The notes under the pieces are model-generated. The model worked only from the letters and a program-made list of their open reading frames with translations, did no database searches and had not been told where the DNA came from. DNA of 63,413 bases from a virus (Duplodnaviria > Caudoviricetes), in IMG/VR virus record IMGVR_UViG_3300017767_000008, positions 1 to 63,413 of that record, one strand, 5' to 3'. A program made the position numbers and the translations under genes. Positions 9,523-18,906 of the stretch are shown here, one piece after another. The number at the start of each line of letters is the position of its first letter. Position 1 is the stretch's first letter.

Positions 9523-9880
9523 GCTGATTCACCCCTTGATTTATCGGAAATAGATCAGCACTAAACAACTGAGTTCTATTTGCTATGCTTTTGCTGGCAC
9601 TATTCCTGATTTTCATTTCTTGCCATCCCTTCAAGCTGATCGGTTTGCTATCAAATATAATCCGATAAGCAGTGTGATACTGGGGGTTATTTTGGTATAT
9701 TTCTGGTCTATTTTCATCTGATTCTGTCTGATTATCTCTAAAATCAAAACAAATTGGATCAGTATATTTTGATTTTGTCTGTCGAGAAAGGACTACTCGC
9801 GTGTATGTAATGGCCTTAACGTTTGCAGCAAAAATATCCAGATAAGGAGATGAAACTAGAATTTTCTCAATCAACCCCAA
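9515..9880 (-). CDS. Hypothetical protein
   Basis: GGGGTGA SD; overlaps both neighbours. Confidence 0.6.
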   Translation of the reverse strand: MGLIEKILVSSPYLDIFAANVKAITYTRVVLSRQTKSKYTDPICFDFRDNQTESDENRPEIYQNNPQYHTAYRIIFDSKPISLKGWQEMKIRNSASKSIANRTQLFSADLFPINQGVNQLE

Positions 9881-11234
9881 TCACCCCTATGTTTAATCCC
9901 CAACAAACGGGAGATTTGTTGCGTGGTGGAATCTCATTTTCTAGCGCTTTTGCCGCCTCTTTAATCTCATCATTGCATTTTGAAAATTTATTTCGATGAC
10001 CCCATCTTTGTAATGTTCCGCCACCGCCCATTTTCTCTTTCCGAGTTCCTTCTTCTCCTTCTAGGACTTCACCTATTGCAGCCCATTGTAGCCCAGCGCC
10101 CCTTAGCAAATGTCGGCAAAGCCGATTCATCAATTTTGATTCATTGTCTTCATTGGGTGTAATTCCTAGAATGCTTTTCCAGTATGCTTCTTTCTCATCA
10201 TTTCCTAAAGAGGCCATGACCTTAACATGAATTGGCTTCGCTAATTGTTCTGCTCTTTCTTTTACGCATTCTGGAGGCCAGGGCGCTGCTGAATCAATTA
10301 GCGATTTCAATTTCTTATTTTCTTCTCGCCATTCGAACCAACTTGCTTTTTGTGTTTCGTAAAGAGTAATCCATGTACCAGCATCACCTTGATCCTCATT
10401 CAATTGAGTCATTGCTATACCTGGGTCATGTCTTCGAATCTCAGGAACCATTCTTCTGTAAATGTCCTTGAATGCTCTAATCGGCATATCTTCAATTCTT
10501 TCTCGGAGTTGGCGAAGACCTGAAAACCGGTCTAATGTCAATGCATCCATTTCTCTTCCGCGCTTGGAAGCCATTCTAGCTTGAACCATGTTCATAATCG
10601 TCCAGACGTTCATGTGCCTTGAACGCGTCAATTTTTCGGCCCATTTTTTCTGTTCTTTGGATACTGCCCCGCTTCTCAATTGGATCGGCACTTCGTCGTA
10701 AATTTCAAGCAATGGGAAATCTGCAGCATCCCTGCTAACTTGATACCAGTCAGGGCATCTAAACCATCCTGGCTCTGAAGGAACGTAGCCGTTCACGTCG
10801 CCATACACATAAACTCTAGGAGCGCCAAATTCTTGTGATAATTTCCAATTCCTTGATTGTATTAGCCAAATCTCGCCTATACCATAACTTGCGACTGACT
10901 TCCCCATTCCACGATCTCCATACAGAAAACATATATCGGCTTTGAATTCACAAATGAAACCCTGTAATAGCAGGTTCGAAGGATAAAGAACCATTGGGCC
11001 TAATTTTTTTTGACCATCTGGTTCATCAAGTAATGAGTCGGCATTGATTGGAACAACCTTCGCCCACGGAGCCCATCTTGTGAAGAACCACTTCAAAGTA
11101 GTCATGTCGATTCCGCCTTGACAATAAGTTCGATACGTTCTGCGAAGCGTTGCGAAAATTTCTGGAGGCATACCTTTTGAAATGCAAACTTTGTTGAAAT
11201 CCGCCCAATTGAGGTATTTTTCTGCACCTGACAT
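9867..11234 (-). CDS. P-loop NTPase, possibly FtsK/HerA-superfamily (Zot/packaging-type) ATPase
   Basis: Walker A FLYGDRGMGKS, Walker B LLEIYDE, downstream TRSRHMNV...MVQ (Arg-His plus sensor Gln pattern). Confidence 0.72.
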   Translation of the reverse strand: MSGAEKYLNWADFNKVCISKGMPPEIFATLRRTYRTYCQGGIDMTTLKWFFTRWAPWAKVVPINADSLLDEPDGQKKLGPMVLYPSNLLLQGFICEFKADICFLYGDRGMGKSVASYGIGEIWLIQSRNWKLSQEFGAPRVYVYGDVNGYVPSEPGWFRCPDWYQVSRDAADFPLLEIYDEVPIQLRSGAVSKEQKKWAEKLTRSRHMNVWTIMNMVQARMASKRGREMDALTLDRFSGLRQLRERIEDMPIRAFKDIYRRMVPEIRRHDPGIAMTQLNEDQGDAGTWITLYETQKASWFEWREENKKLKSLIDSAAPWPPECVKERAEQLAKPIHVKVMASLGNDEKEAYWKSILGITPNEDNESKLMNRLCRHLLRGAGLQWAAIGEVLEGEEGTRKEKMGGGGTLQRWGHRNKFSKCNDEIKEAAKALENEIPPRNKSPVCWGLNIGVIGVD

Positions 11235-12166
11235 TATTCTTCACTATCCTTTTCATCTTGGTACATCTCAAATTGCTCTGACAAACTCATCAGTTCTTCA
11301 TCGTTTGTAGGTCCGTCATCCATTGTTTGAAGAAGTTCATCAATATGTGATTCGTCGTAAATCGGTTCTCCTTCTTCATCGGATCTCATACGCTCATAGC
11401 AAGGATAGCAAATATCAATCATGTAAGGTCCATGTTCGTCTTCTCCTTTGACATATTCAGCATTGTTTCCACATTCCGAACATTCTCCAACGTCGATGTT
11501 TTGTTGTTGCTCTGGTTGCGATTCAACATAAACCGGGCCATCGGTTGAATCGACCCATACGCCTTCTTGTTGCTCTTGATGAATTTGTTGAGGGATAGGC
11601 TGAGGAATTGGAGCCTCCATTTGTGCTTCTTGTGTTGCTTGTTCTGCATTCATCAAAACAGTCTTGATTGATTCTTTGTCGAATCTATCTTTCGAGAATA
11701 GTTTGGCTAATTCGTTTGGATCAGCGCCATTTTGTGAAAGTCGAAGTAGTATTTGAGCGAGTTGTATTTGTAGCCTCGATGTGTTTTCAGCCATTTCTGC
11801 TTGACGTATTGCTGAAGCCATTGCGACGTTTTTGGGTTCAAGATATTCAAGTTGCTGACGGCTTGAGCGCAATGATACTGCTTGTGCATAATCCCCTAAA
11901 TCGTCAGGCCACATCGACCAATGAAGCAAAATACCATTTTCTAAAGGCATTCCGCATTGTTCGAGAAAGTTCCTATCGCAACTAGCGAGTTTCAACCAAA
12001 GAATGTGTTTAGCTCTTGGAGGCAAATAAGCCCATGAATCGGTCATTGAAAGAACCAGGGTATCGACTAAACGGAATTGGTCATTCAAACGATCCGATTG
12101 AGGAACCATGAACAAATCTCTGCCCGATCTCGGACGGAATGCAGGTGTACCATTTCCTTCAGCCAT
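11234..12166 (-). CDS. Hypothetical protein with Gln-rich linker, Zn ribbon and acidic tail
   Basis: CSECG...CYPC; Q/P-rich middle region. Confidence 0.75.
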   Translation of the reverse strand: MAEGNGTPAFRPRSGRDLFMVPQSDRLNDQFRLVDTLVLSMTDSWAYLPPRAKHILWLKLASCDRNFLEQCGMPLENGILLHWSMWPDDLGDYAQAVSLRSSRQQLEYLEPKNVAMASAIRQAEMAENTSRLQIQLAQILLRLSQNGADPNELAKLFSKDRFDKESIKTVLMNAEQATQEAQMEAPIPQPIPQQIHQEQQEGVWVDSTDGPVYVESQPEQQQNIDVGECSECGNNAEYVKGEDEHGPYMIDICYPCYERMRSDEEGEPIYDESHIDELLQTMDDGPTNDEELMSLSEQFEMYQDEKDSEE

Positions 12167-12839
12167 GTCTTTTCACTCCTGTTGCTTTGTAAAGTGCGCT
12201 GTAATTCAATTCATTTTCTTTGGTCAATTTCGATAGCCTTTGACCGACTTGTAATCCTTCAAGTGGCTCTTCAACGGTTATCTCACGCCCGCCTTCTTTG
12301 AAGAAGGATTTGAGACCTTTTTTCAATGGTTCAGTGTATGCTTTTCCAGCCAATGCAATAACTTGTGGTTCTTCTTCAGCATTTTCAACTGATGAATCGA
12401 GGCTCCAAATGTAAAGTTGGCTACTGACCATTTCCGCCCATTTCTTTTTTTGTTCCTTCGACAGCTCTGAAAGGGTTAAATCGTAATCTTCTATTTCTTG
12501 GTTCGGCCATACAACGCCATGTCTTGCAGATATGACAGCCCAGTTCAAACCTTTGCCTTCAGCCCATTCCTTTGATTTGTTGAATAGCGGAGAACAATAG
12601 GCATCTTTGGCTTTTAGCGATTCTTGGCCTTTGAACGCTTTTGTTTTGCTGCATGAAATCAAAACAAGCCTGTTTTGCCTGTGTTTGAGAACCTGCTTTA
12701 TGATCGACTGGCGATTTCTTTTGTTGTTTTGAATATGCCTCTGGGTGATTGGGTTCCAAATCATCCTTGAATGAAAAACGGACTTTGTTTTAGGTCCGTA
12801 TCTCCAACTTGTCGGTCTCTTTCTCATGTATCGCTTCAT
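12159..12839 (-). CDS. DUF6884-like protein with an N-terminal NPxT-I-QN-RNRQSI module
   Basis: LISCSKTK...AKDAYCSPLF...ISARHG...IEDYDLTL...LAGKAY...PLEGLQVGQRL. Confidence 0.72.
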   Translation of the reverse strand: MKRYMRKRPTSWRYGPKTKSVFHSRMIWNPITQRHIQNNKRNRQSIIKQVLKHRQNRLVLISCSKTKAFKGQESLKAKDAYCSPLFNKSKEWAEGKGLNWAVISARHGVVWPNQEIEDYDLTLSELSKEQKKKWAEMVSSQLYIWSLDSSVENAEEEPQVIALAGKAYTEPLKKGLKSFFKEGGREITVEEPLEGLQVGQRLSKLTKENELNYSALYKATGVKRHG

Positions 12840-13558
12840 TATTGAACACCTTCAATCTGATCCATTTGACCTGCTACATACTGCTGTGCAATCTCTTCGA
12901 GTTGTTGTTCGCGGAATCCTTGACGCATTGCCAAATCTTCTTCAGCCTGTATTTGTCCTCTTGACATTGAACCTGCAGTAGTTCGGAATTCAATATCCCA
13001 ATCACTGCCGGGTCGAGCATCTATCTCTAGCACGTTCGCCGTGACGTGGACTTTAGCCTTGTATCTCGATGAAAGGTCTTTAGGAACTCTGATTCTTTTT
13101 TTATCTCTGCGTGTCAAGATGAGGGCGCTGCCTGTATCTTCAATTTTCTTCAGGTAAGTCACCCGAGGAATACCAGGGTCATTTTCAACCCAATTTACTC
13201 TCGGCCATGAATTTGTGATCATGCTTGAAACAACTACGCCTATAGTGATGAAAAGTCCACCACAAGCAAATGCTTCGAATCTCGAATACGTTGGAGTTGC
13301 GAAGAATCCTTCGATTGGACCGTAAATCCACGCCCCAAGTCCTCCAATTGGAACTGCAACCCAAGAAAACATGAGAATTATTCCGGTAAGTATCAGTCCG
13401 ATTGAAGGAACCGAAGTTCTTTCTTTAGTTCTGTCAGAAAGATTTGATTGGTCATGCATCGGCGGTCCTTGAGGCATTTGCAGTCCTAATTCTTGCATTA
13501 GCATTGGGTCTTGAAACATAAGATCGTCGAATTCCATTCCGTCTGGTTGCATAATCAA
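12839..13558 (-). CDS. Two-TM membrane protein
   Basis: Met/Gln-rich N-terminus, two TM segments and a soluble C-terminal domain. Confidence 0.75.
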   Translation of the reverse strand: MIMQPDGMEFDDLMFQDPMLMQELGLQMPQGPPMHDQSNLSDRTKERTSVPSIGLILTGIILMFSWVAVPIGGLGAWIYGPIEGFFATPTYSRFEAFACGGLFITIGVVVSSMITNSWPRVNWVENDPGIPRVTYLKKIEDTGSALILTRRDKKRIRVPKDLSSRYKAKVHVTANVLEIDARPGSDWDIEFRTTAGSMSRGQIQAEEDLAMRQGFREQQLEEIAQQYVAGQMDQIEGVQ

Positions 13559-14508
13559 TATCTCCTGTATGGCGGGTTGCCGTATCTATTCCTTCCTCGC
13601 CAGTAGTCATCTTCTGCTTGTTGCCTTAATTTCCTTTCCCTTCTCTTTTCCATCCAAGAAGGCATATTGTCCGTACCAGCATCTTTTCTCCGCTTCAATG
13701 AATCTTCTCGCATTCTGAAGAAGATACTCGAAGCCCCGACCAAAACAAGAATAGATCCTATCGCCCCGAATAAAATGCTAATTGGGCTGACCAAAGTTGC
13801 GAACGGCTCAACACGTTCTAAATCTCCATAAATCCAAACATAAGGAGTTCCGTGAACTGTAAGTCCGCTGTCATCTGCACGTTCATAATTGAGCCATCCG
13901 TTTTCATCTTGTATGCTGTATCTCACGCCCAAGAATCCTTTCGGAGCTTGAATGTCTAAGTAGTTCGAGCCGTTGCTTAATACCCATGTTCGCCCAGGTA
14001 AAATGCTGTTGCCATCATCTAAGTATTCGCTGACTGTCAAATTCAGATGCTTTTGTAGCGGGGTCAGTAGGAATCTGCCTCCTTCTAAGAAACCTGCAGT
14101 GTATTGTTGTGGTGCATAAGTAATTCTTGTTCTTTGGGTTTCAGTTGTACTTTGAACTTCATTCACTTCACCCCAAGCATAAATGTAAAGCAATCCTACT
14201 GTATCCACTTTATCAAAAGTGATAGTTGAACGGATCCCCGGCTGAACTGAAAGTTCTTGTGTTTGCGCAAGTGTTGAATTCGGCCACCTGAGTTCTGCTG
14301 TCACTTGTATTGATGTTCGAGAAGGTTTGTCATCTTGAAACGCCATACCTTCGACAACTATCGAAATAGGTCGGTCATTCGGGTATTGAATGGCAGTATT
14401 CAGTCGCATTTCAACAATTTCAACGCTTTGTGCTGAAACCGTTTGCGCATTTACCAACAATGGCAATAACAAAATCGAGATGAGTAAAATTGATTTTTTC
14501 AAAATCAA
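13555..14508 (-). CDS. Type I membrane protein (signal peptide, beta-rich ectodomain, TM, basic tail)
   Basis: Start moved to TTG 14508 (GGAGG SD, overlaps the tspO stop). KKSILLISILLLPLLVNAQ signal; C-terminal TM followed by an Arg-rich tail. Confidence 0.75.
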   Translation of the reverse strand: MILKKSILLISILLLPLLVNAQTVSAQSVEIVEMRLNTAIQYPNDRPISIVVEGMAFQDDKPSRTSIQVTAELRWPNSTLAQTQELSVQPGIRSTITFDKVDTVGLLYIYAWGEVNEVQSTTETQRTRITYAPQQYTAGFLEGGRFLLTPLQKHLNLTVSEYLDDGNSILPGRTWVLSNGSNYLDIQAPKGFLGVRYSIQDENGWLNYERADDSGLTVHGTPYVWIYGDLERVEPFATLVSPISILFGAIGSILVLVGASSIFFRMREDSLKRRKDAGTDNMPSWMEKRRERKLRQQAEDDYWRGRNRYGNPPYRRY

Positions 14509-14882
14509 GCCTCCAGGAGATAAGCAATATTGAGCAAAGTCGCAAAAGAAACCCATGCAATATACGGCCAAACCAAAATAGATGCATATTGGCTAACCGG
14601 ATAAACAAGAATTGCATAGTACGTTGTTGTAGCTATGATGCCGACCAAAATCAAAGTCGAAAGCAGATATGATTCTGCGTTGAAGAAAGAAGTCCAAACC
14701 AAATTCAACGTTAATTGTACTGCAAATAAAGCAAAAACAAGATTTTGATTATCCAATTCATCCCTGTTGATCCAAGTTAGAGCAATGCTTGTTGCCATCG
14801 AAGTGTAAAGGAAAGCCCAAACCGGGCCGAATACCCAATCGGGAGGTTGGAAAGACGGCGTGTAATCGGAATCGAAAGACAT
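14505..14882 (-). CDS. tspO: TspO/MBR tryptophan-rich sensory protein (short form)
   Basis: PSFQPPDWVFGPVWAFLY, QLTLNLVWTSFF, LVWPYIAWVSFATLLN. Confidence 0.9.
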   Translation of the reverse strand: MSFDSDYTPSFQPPDWVFGPVWAFLYTSMATSIALTWINRDELDNQNLVFALFAVQLTLNLVWTSFFNAESYLLSTLILVGIIATTTYYAILVYPVSQYASILVWPYIAWVSFATLLNIAYLLEA

Positions 14883-15296
14883 TCAAATCACCCCGGAATA
14901 ATACAACCAGAACAAAAAGTCCGTGAATAGACGTATCAAGATTCCATACAAAGTACCCAAAGCAGCAATACGGATCAAGTCGAATTTGACTTTGCTCATT
15001 ATGTATGCTGTTCCGAATAAAACAACCATCACTGCAACCAATCCAAAACCTGTGCCTAAATCGGTTGCTGAATCAACCCAACTCCCCATTCCACCGAAAA
15101 GTCCGGCAAGACCTTCTAACGTCCATACTGCAAATGTGACTGACAAATTAAATCCTAGAAGAAGTGAACCCATGAACACTGCAAGACCCCAACCTTCGCC
15201 TTTTGCATTTCTCCAAGTTGAAGCGCCAATCAATACTGTTCCAATCATAATGACTATGATTGCTAATGATGGTGTTTCAGAACCAAATTGATTCAC
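14883..15296 (-). CDS. Four-TM membrane protein
   Basis: Start moved to GTG 15296 after a GGAGG SD; four hydrophobic segments. Confidence 0.72.
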   Translation of the reverse strand: MNQFGSETPSLAIIVIMIGTVLIGASTWRNAKGEGWGLAVFMGSLLLGFNLSVTFAVWTLEGLAGLFGGMGSWVDSATDLGTGFGLVAVMVVLFGTAYIMSKVKFDLIRIAALGTLYGILIRLFTDFLFWLYYSGVI

Positions 15297-15297
15297 T

Positions 15298-15771
15298 TTA
15301 CTCGCCTCCTTGTGAAAAACATGAGCAACCAGGGGGAGCGTTTTCTTTCGAAGGTGCATCAATTCCTAGCCACCCACAATAGCAAGCGCTATCAGCATCA
15401 ACTACTGCATCGGGATTTTCTGGGTCAAACCATGTTTCGTGCGGAATTTCCGTTTCATCAAGATTTTCGTTTTCATAACGTGGCGATTCTTCCGCTTCAA
15501 TTTCTTCGAGCGTGCTTATTTTTCCACCATGCGCTTTTTCCATTGCTTCATCCCATGCTTGATCCGCCAATATTCTCAATTCTTCTCTTTCCATTCGAGC
15601 TATGAAATTCAAATCGTATCCGTGATTCGGGTCAAGGTTAGGGATATACAAACCAGTATTTGCACACCACATTTGATTTTCTTCTTCGTCATCGACAACT
15701 AAAACGATTACTTCATATCCTAAAGCAAGCGCATCTGCGACGACCATTTCTAAGGTCGGTTTAACGTCCAT
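15298..15771 (-). CDS. Acidic hypothetical protein, first gene of the membrane/ATPase operon
   Basis: Start ATG 15771; CYC...CSC near the C-terminus; conserved upstream element at -61. Confidence 0.7.
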   Translation of the reverse strand: MDVKPTLEMVVADALALGYEVIVLVVDDEEENQMWCANTGLYIPNLDPNHGYDLNFIARMEREELRILADQAWDEAMEKAHGGKISTLEEIEAEESPRYENENLDETEIPHETWFDPENPDAVVDADSACYCGWLGIDAPSKENAPPGCSCFSQGGE

Positions 15772-15929
15772 AGGCAAAATAATTGAGCATTCTGCATTAT
15801 CATCTCTTTGGATGAATTAGATCAATTCGCATATTTTTGAAGAAGTGCGAGGGAGCCTCGAAAGCCGGTGAGAATTGTCAGCCCCCCCACGTTTTTTTGT
15901 GGACGTTAGAGGCTTTTAGGCTTTGCCAA

Positions 15930-17351
15930 TCACTGATTATTCAATTGACGGCGAAGTTGCGAAAGCGACATTCCGCCTCTAATTTCTGGTTGGTTTGTTT
16001 CGGATGGTTTGTAGGAATCACAAGAATTCAAATCGAAGCAGATTGAATTGTAAATGGTTGATGTGATTGCATCATAACTGACTGATTCATTGCAGACCAT
16101 AACAGAGGCATAAATTGGATCATCGTCGTTCCAGTCCTCCATCAAAGCATAAGGCCATTGTTCGCCCGATTTCCTCCATTGACTTACCTTAGAGAAGATG
16201 TAATTTCCTCTTGATTTGACAAGAGAATCATAATTTTGTAGTTCCTTTTTGTAATTGTCCTTTTGCCCTGGAGTCATACCATTTATCACACGGATACGAT
16301 TTTTGAAGTTGTCATTAGATCCAGATGGCATACCCGCCCAATTCGGAAGATTTCTGCCCGATTCATCGCGTTGAGTTGTTTCTTTTTCATTTCTAAGGCG
16401 GTCAAGAAGTTGTTTTTCTTCTTGATTCTCTAAGCCCCATGATTTGATAGCCCACTGAATAACTGAATGAGCCCTAAATGATGATAACGCTTTTTCTTCT
16501 TGAGCCAAAAATCCTTCATCTTTGTGAATTGTTTGTTTAGACTGAGATAAAGCAATTTGCTCTGAAGTGAGTTCTTCTTCTTCCCAATGAGGTTTGAGTC
16601 GAGCAACGGATTTTACGCCCGTTGAAGTCATTTGTTTTCCTTGATGTTTCGACTTTCTTATGTTCCAATGAATAGGACACCTGTATCTTAGATCGTCACA
16701 CAAATGAACTGCTATTGTATCATGGTGATGAATTGTTTCCCATCGACCATCCCTGCTTATCCTTTCCCTATCTCCGCAATCATCTCCGATTTCGCAGCAA
16801 TGGTATCCTTCATCTGTAATCAAATGCTGAGGATGGAGGTTGTCAATTATCCGAAATTCTTGACCAGCAACCGGTCCTCTTTTCGTTTGTTCATATTTCG
16901 AAAGTAATTCTTTGTAGGTTGCTAGAGCTTCAGAACCACTTCTCGGAAGAGGGCTGATACTTGTTGTTGCATCGAAAAATAAGAAAATTCTTAGTTGCCT
17001 CAATTGAGTTAATCCGGTTTGACCAAGAATATTTCTCATATAATCAGCCTTCGCCAATTCCAAAGGCAGTCTGCCTTCTGATGATTGGAGCCTTTTTCGC
17101 GCTGAATCTAATTGCTCTTGGATCTGTTCAACTTCTTTTTTCTGATTTTCAACCATGATTTCCATAGGATGCTTCATTTCACTCTCGCCTAAAGCCGAGC
17201 GTAGTGCAATCGAGTATAATTCGCTGCAATTTATGTTTGGATTCATCCTTGCTAAATCATGCAAATGCTTCACGTCTGCTGGGAGATACAGCGAAACTGC
17301 TCCACCACTAATCTTCAAAATCTTACTATCTTTCCTTGACATTTTTCTCAC
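15930..17351 (-). CDS. RHH-like N-terminus, coiled coil and Cys/His cluster; candidate replication or regulatory protein
   Basis: VSLYLPADV...INCSELYSIALR (RHH-like), heptad region, HCC...C...HLC...CPIH. Confidence 0.7.
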   Translation of the reverse strand: MRKMSRKDSKILKISGGAVSLYLPADVKHLHDLARMNPNINCSELYSIALRSALGESEMKHPMEIMVENQKKEVEQIQEQLDSARKRLQSSEGRLPLELAKADYMRNILGQTGLTQLRQLRIFLFFDATTSISPLPRSGSEALATYKELLSKYEQTKRGPVAGQEFRIIDNLHPQHLITDEGYHCCEIGDDCGDRERISRDGRWETIHHHDTIAVHLCDDLRYRCPIHWNIRKSKHQGKQMTSTGVKSVARLKPHWEEEELTSEQIALSQSKQTIHKDEGFLAQEEKALSSFRAHSVIQWAIKSWGLENQEEKQLLDRLRNEKETTQRDESGRNLPNWAGMPSGSNDNFKNRIRVINGMTPGQKDNYKKELQNYDSLVKSRGNYIFSKVSQWRKSGEQWPYALMEDWNDDDPIYASVMVCNESVSYDAITSTIYNSICFDLNSCDSYKPSETNQPEIRGGMSLSQLRRQLNNQ

Positions 17352-17474
17352 CGACCTTTTGTGCGAGATGATTAAGGGATAAAAAGATTCACCTTTACTT
17401 GCATGATTATCGTTTCATTTACTTCGAGCATCGAAAGCGTTTGGAAATCTGCTCTTATCTGCGTAATAATTTTG

Positions 17475-17615
<141 letters not shown>

Positions 17616-17846
17616 AACGATTATCATACAAATGGATTTTTTTGAACCATCATACATTTCTCACATACAAAAAACATGAGGCTCCAGTAAGCCCACGTTT
17701 TCAAAAACCATCCAAAGGAATTTCAATGAAAAACTCGCAACCACAAATCAAACATTCATATTTTTGACAATCCTGTAATTGTGGTGAATGGATCGGTACG
17801 ACACCGACCATTTCAACGCATTCGGAACCGCACTCGAAGCACCTGG

Positions 17847-18248
17847 TCATTCGACATTCCCCGCAACATCGGGGTTCATTTTGAAAACAGAAGGATTCGA
17901 ACGCTCCTTTAGCAAGAACCCCTCATCAACAAAGCGATTACAAGAACGATGAAGCGTGCGGTGGTCTTGAAAACCCAATCCTCTAAAATCTTCATGCGGT
18001 ACTAAAGAACCGTATGAACGTAAATGCTCAAGGACATTGTGCAAAGTAATCAAATGTTCTCTTCTCAATGATATTTCACGATCCATATTCACTCGGACGA
18101 ATCTTTTGCTTATTTTCAGTTTCATTTGAGCATTTTCTTCAATGACTCTTTCATGGCGAAGCTCTAATTCCTTCAAACGTTTCTTCAATTGCTGGGCTTC
18201 TTTCTTGTAGCCGTGTAATTGGAAAGAAGTTAGACGGTCTTCAGTCAT
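17847..18248 (-). CDS. Coiled-coil plus C-terminal winged-helix protein
   Basis: Start moved to ATG 18248 (MTEDRL), overlapping the previous stop; RTLHRSCNRFVDEGFL wHTH-like. Confidence 0.65.
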   Translation of the reverse strand: MTEDRLTSFQLHGYKKEAQQLKKRLKELELRHERVIEENAQMKLKISKRFVRVNMDREISLRREHLITLHNVLEHLRSYGSLVPHEDFRGLGFQDHRTLHRSCNRFVDEGFLLKERSNPSVFKMNPDVAGNVE

Positions 18249-18519
18249 TGACAGCCCCCCATATTGTCGAAGAGTATAATTTTCCAGAAATGTTCCGTAT
18301 TTTTTCCTCGCCAATTTTTTCAAATCGGCTATCGCCTGACAATACCGCAGCCAACTCGGACATTGTGATTCCACTATTCCACGTTGAATTGTATTTTGCT
18401 AAGATGATGTGAATGTTTAGATCACCATGTTCAGAGAGCATTTTCAAAACGCGTGTCCTGGGGTGGTTTGTTGCGTAATAAGAACGGAGCCGTCGAGGAC
18501 CTTCATGCATCACGGCCAC
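18241..18519 (-). CDS. DUF3860-like winged-helix protein
   Basis: VLKMLSEHGDLN...YNSTWNSGITMSELAAVLSGDSRFEKIG; matches the C-terminal domain of 40343..42847. Confidence 0.65.
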   Translation of the reverse strand: MAVMHEGPRRLRSYYATNHPRTRVLKMLSEHGDLNIHIILAKYNSTWNSGITMSELAAVLSGDSRFEKIGEEKIRNISGKLYSSTIWGAVND

Positions 18520-18695
18520 TTCCCTATTTTCTTTGCTGATTTGTTTTCTTCTTGCTCGATAATGTGGTGGGCTTTGTTTCTCGCTGCTTCTCGAACAAAT
18601 TCTGCTCTCGAAGAAAAACCGCCCTTTATTTCCATTGCCCGATCAATAAGAGCTACAAGTTCTGGTGGAAAATGAACAGCATTTGATGAAGCCAT
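18510..18695 (-). CDS. Ribbon-helix-helix (CopG/NikR-type) regulator
   Basis: AVHFPPELVALIDRAM...GFSSRAEFVREAAR. Confidence 0.85.
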   Translation of the reverse strand: MASSNAVHFPPELVALIDRAMEIKGGFSSRAEFVREAARNKAHHIIEQEENKSAKKIGKWP

Positions 18696-18840
18696 TGAGT
18701 CTAAGGTTGAGCCTTACGCCTTATGGGTCTTTTGGTCATTAAATGGCAAAGGAAAACAAAGAATTTTGCGTCTTTGTAATCCTTTGAAGGGCAATAAAAG
18801 CCATAATTTGATGTTATCGAAGTCAATATCATGCAGTTTG

Positions 18841-18883
18841 AAAGTGTGCATATCGGGTACTTTCACCCGCTGTTTTCATATAT
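18841..18883 (+). promoter_or_regulatory. Shared promoter: AAAGTGTGC element plus TTTCATATAT box
   Basis: GTGC at 18846 is 61 bp before ATG 18907; same geometry at eight other operon starts (see findings). Confidence 0.65.
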
Positions 18884-18906
18884 CATCCTTTGACGAACGC
18901 TCTCCC

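Noticed and set aside
18766-18906. N-terminal 47 codons of the 1064-aa ORF
   Set aside because: This stretch contains the promoter elements. ATG 18907 puts the signal peptide at the N-terminus.
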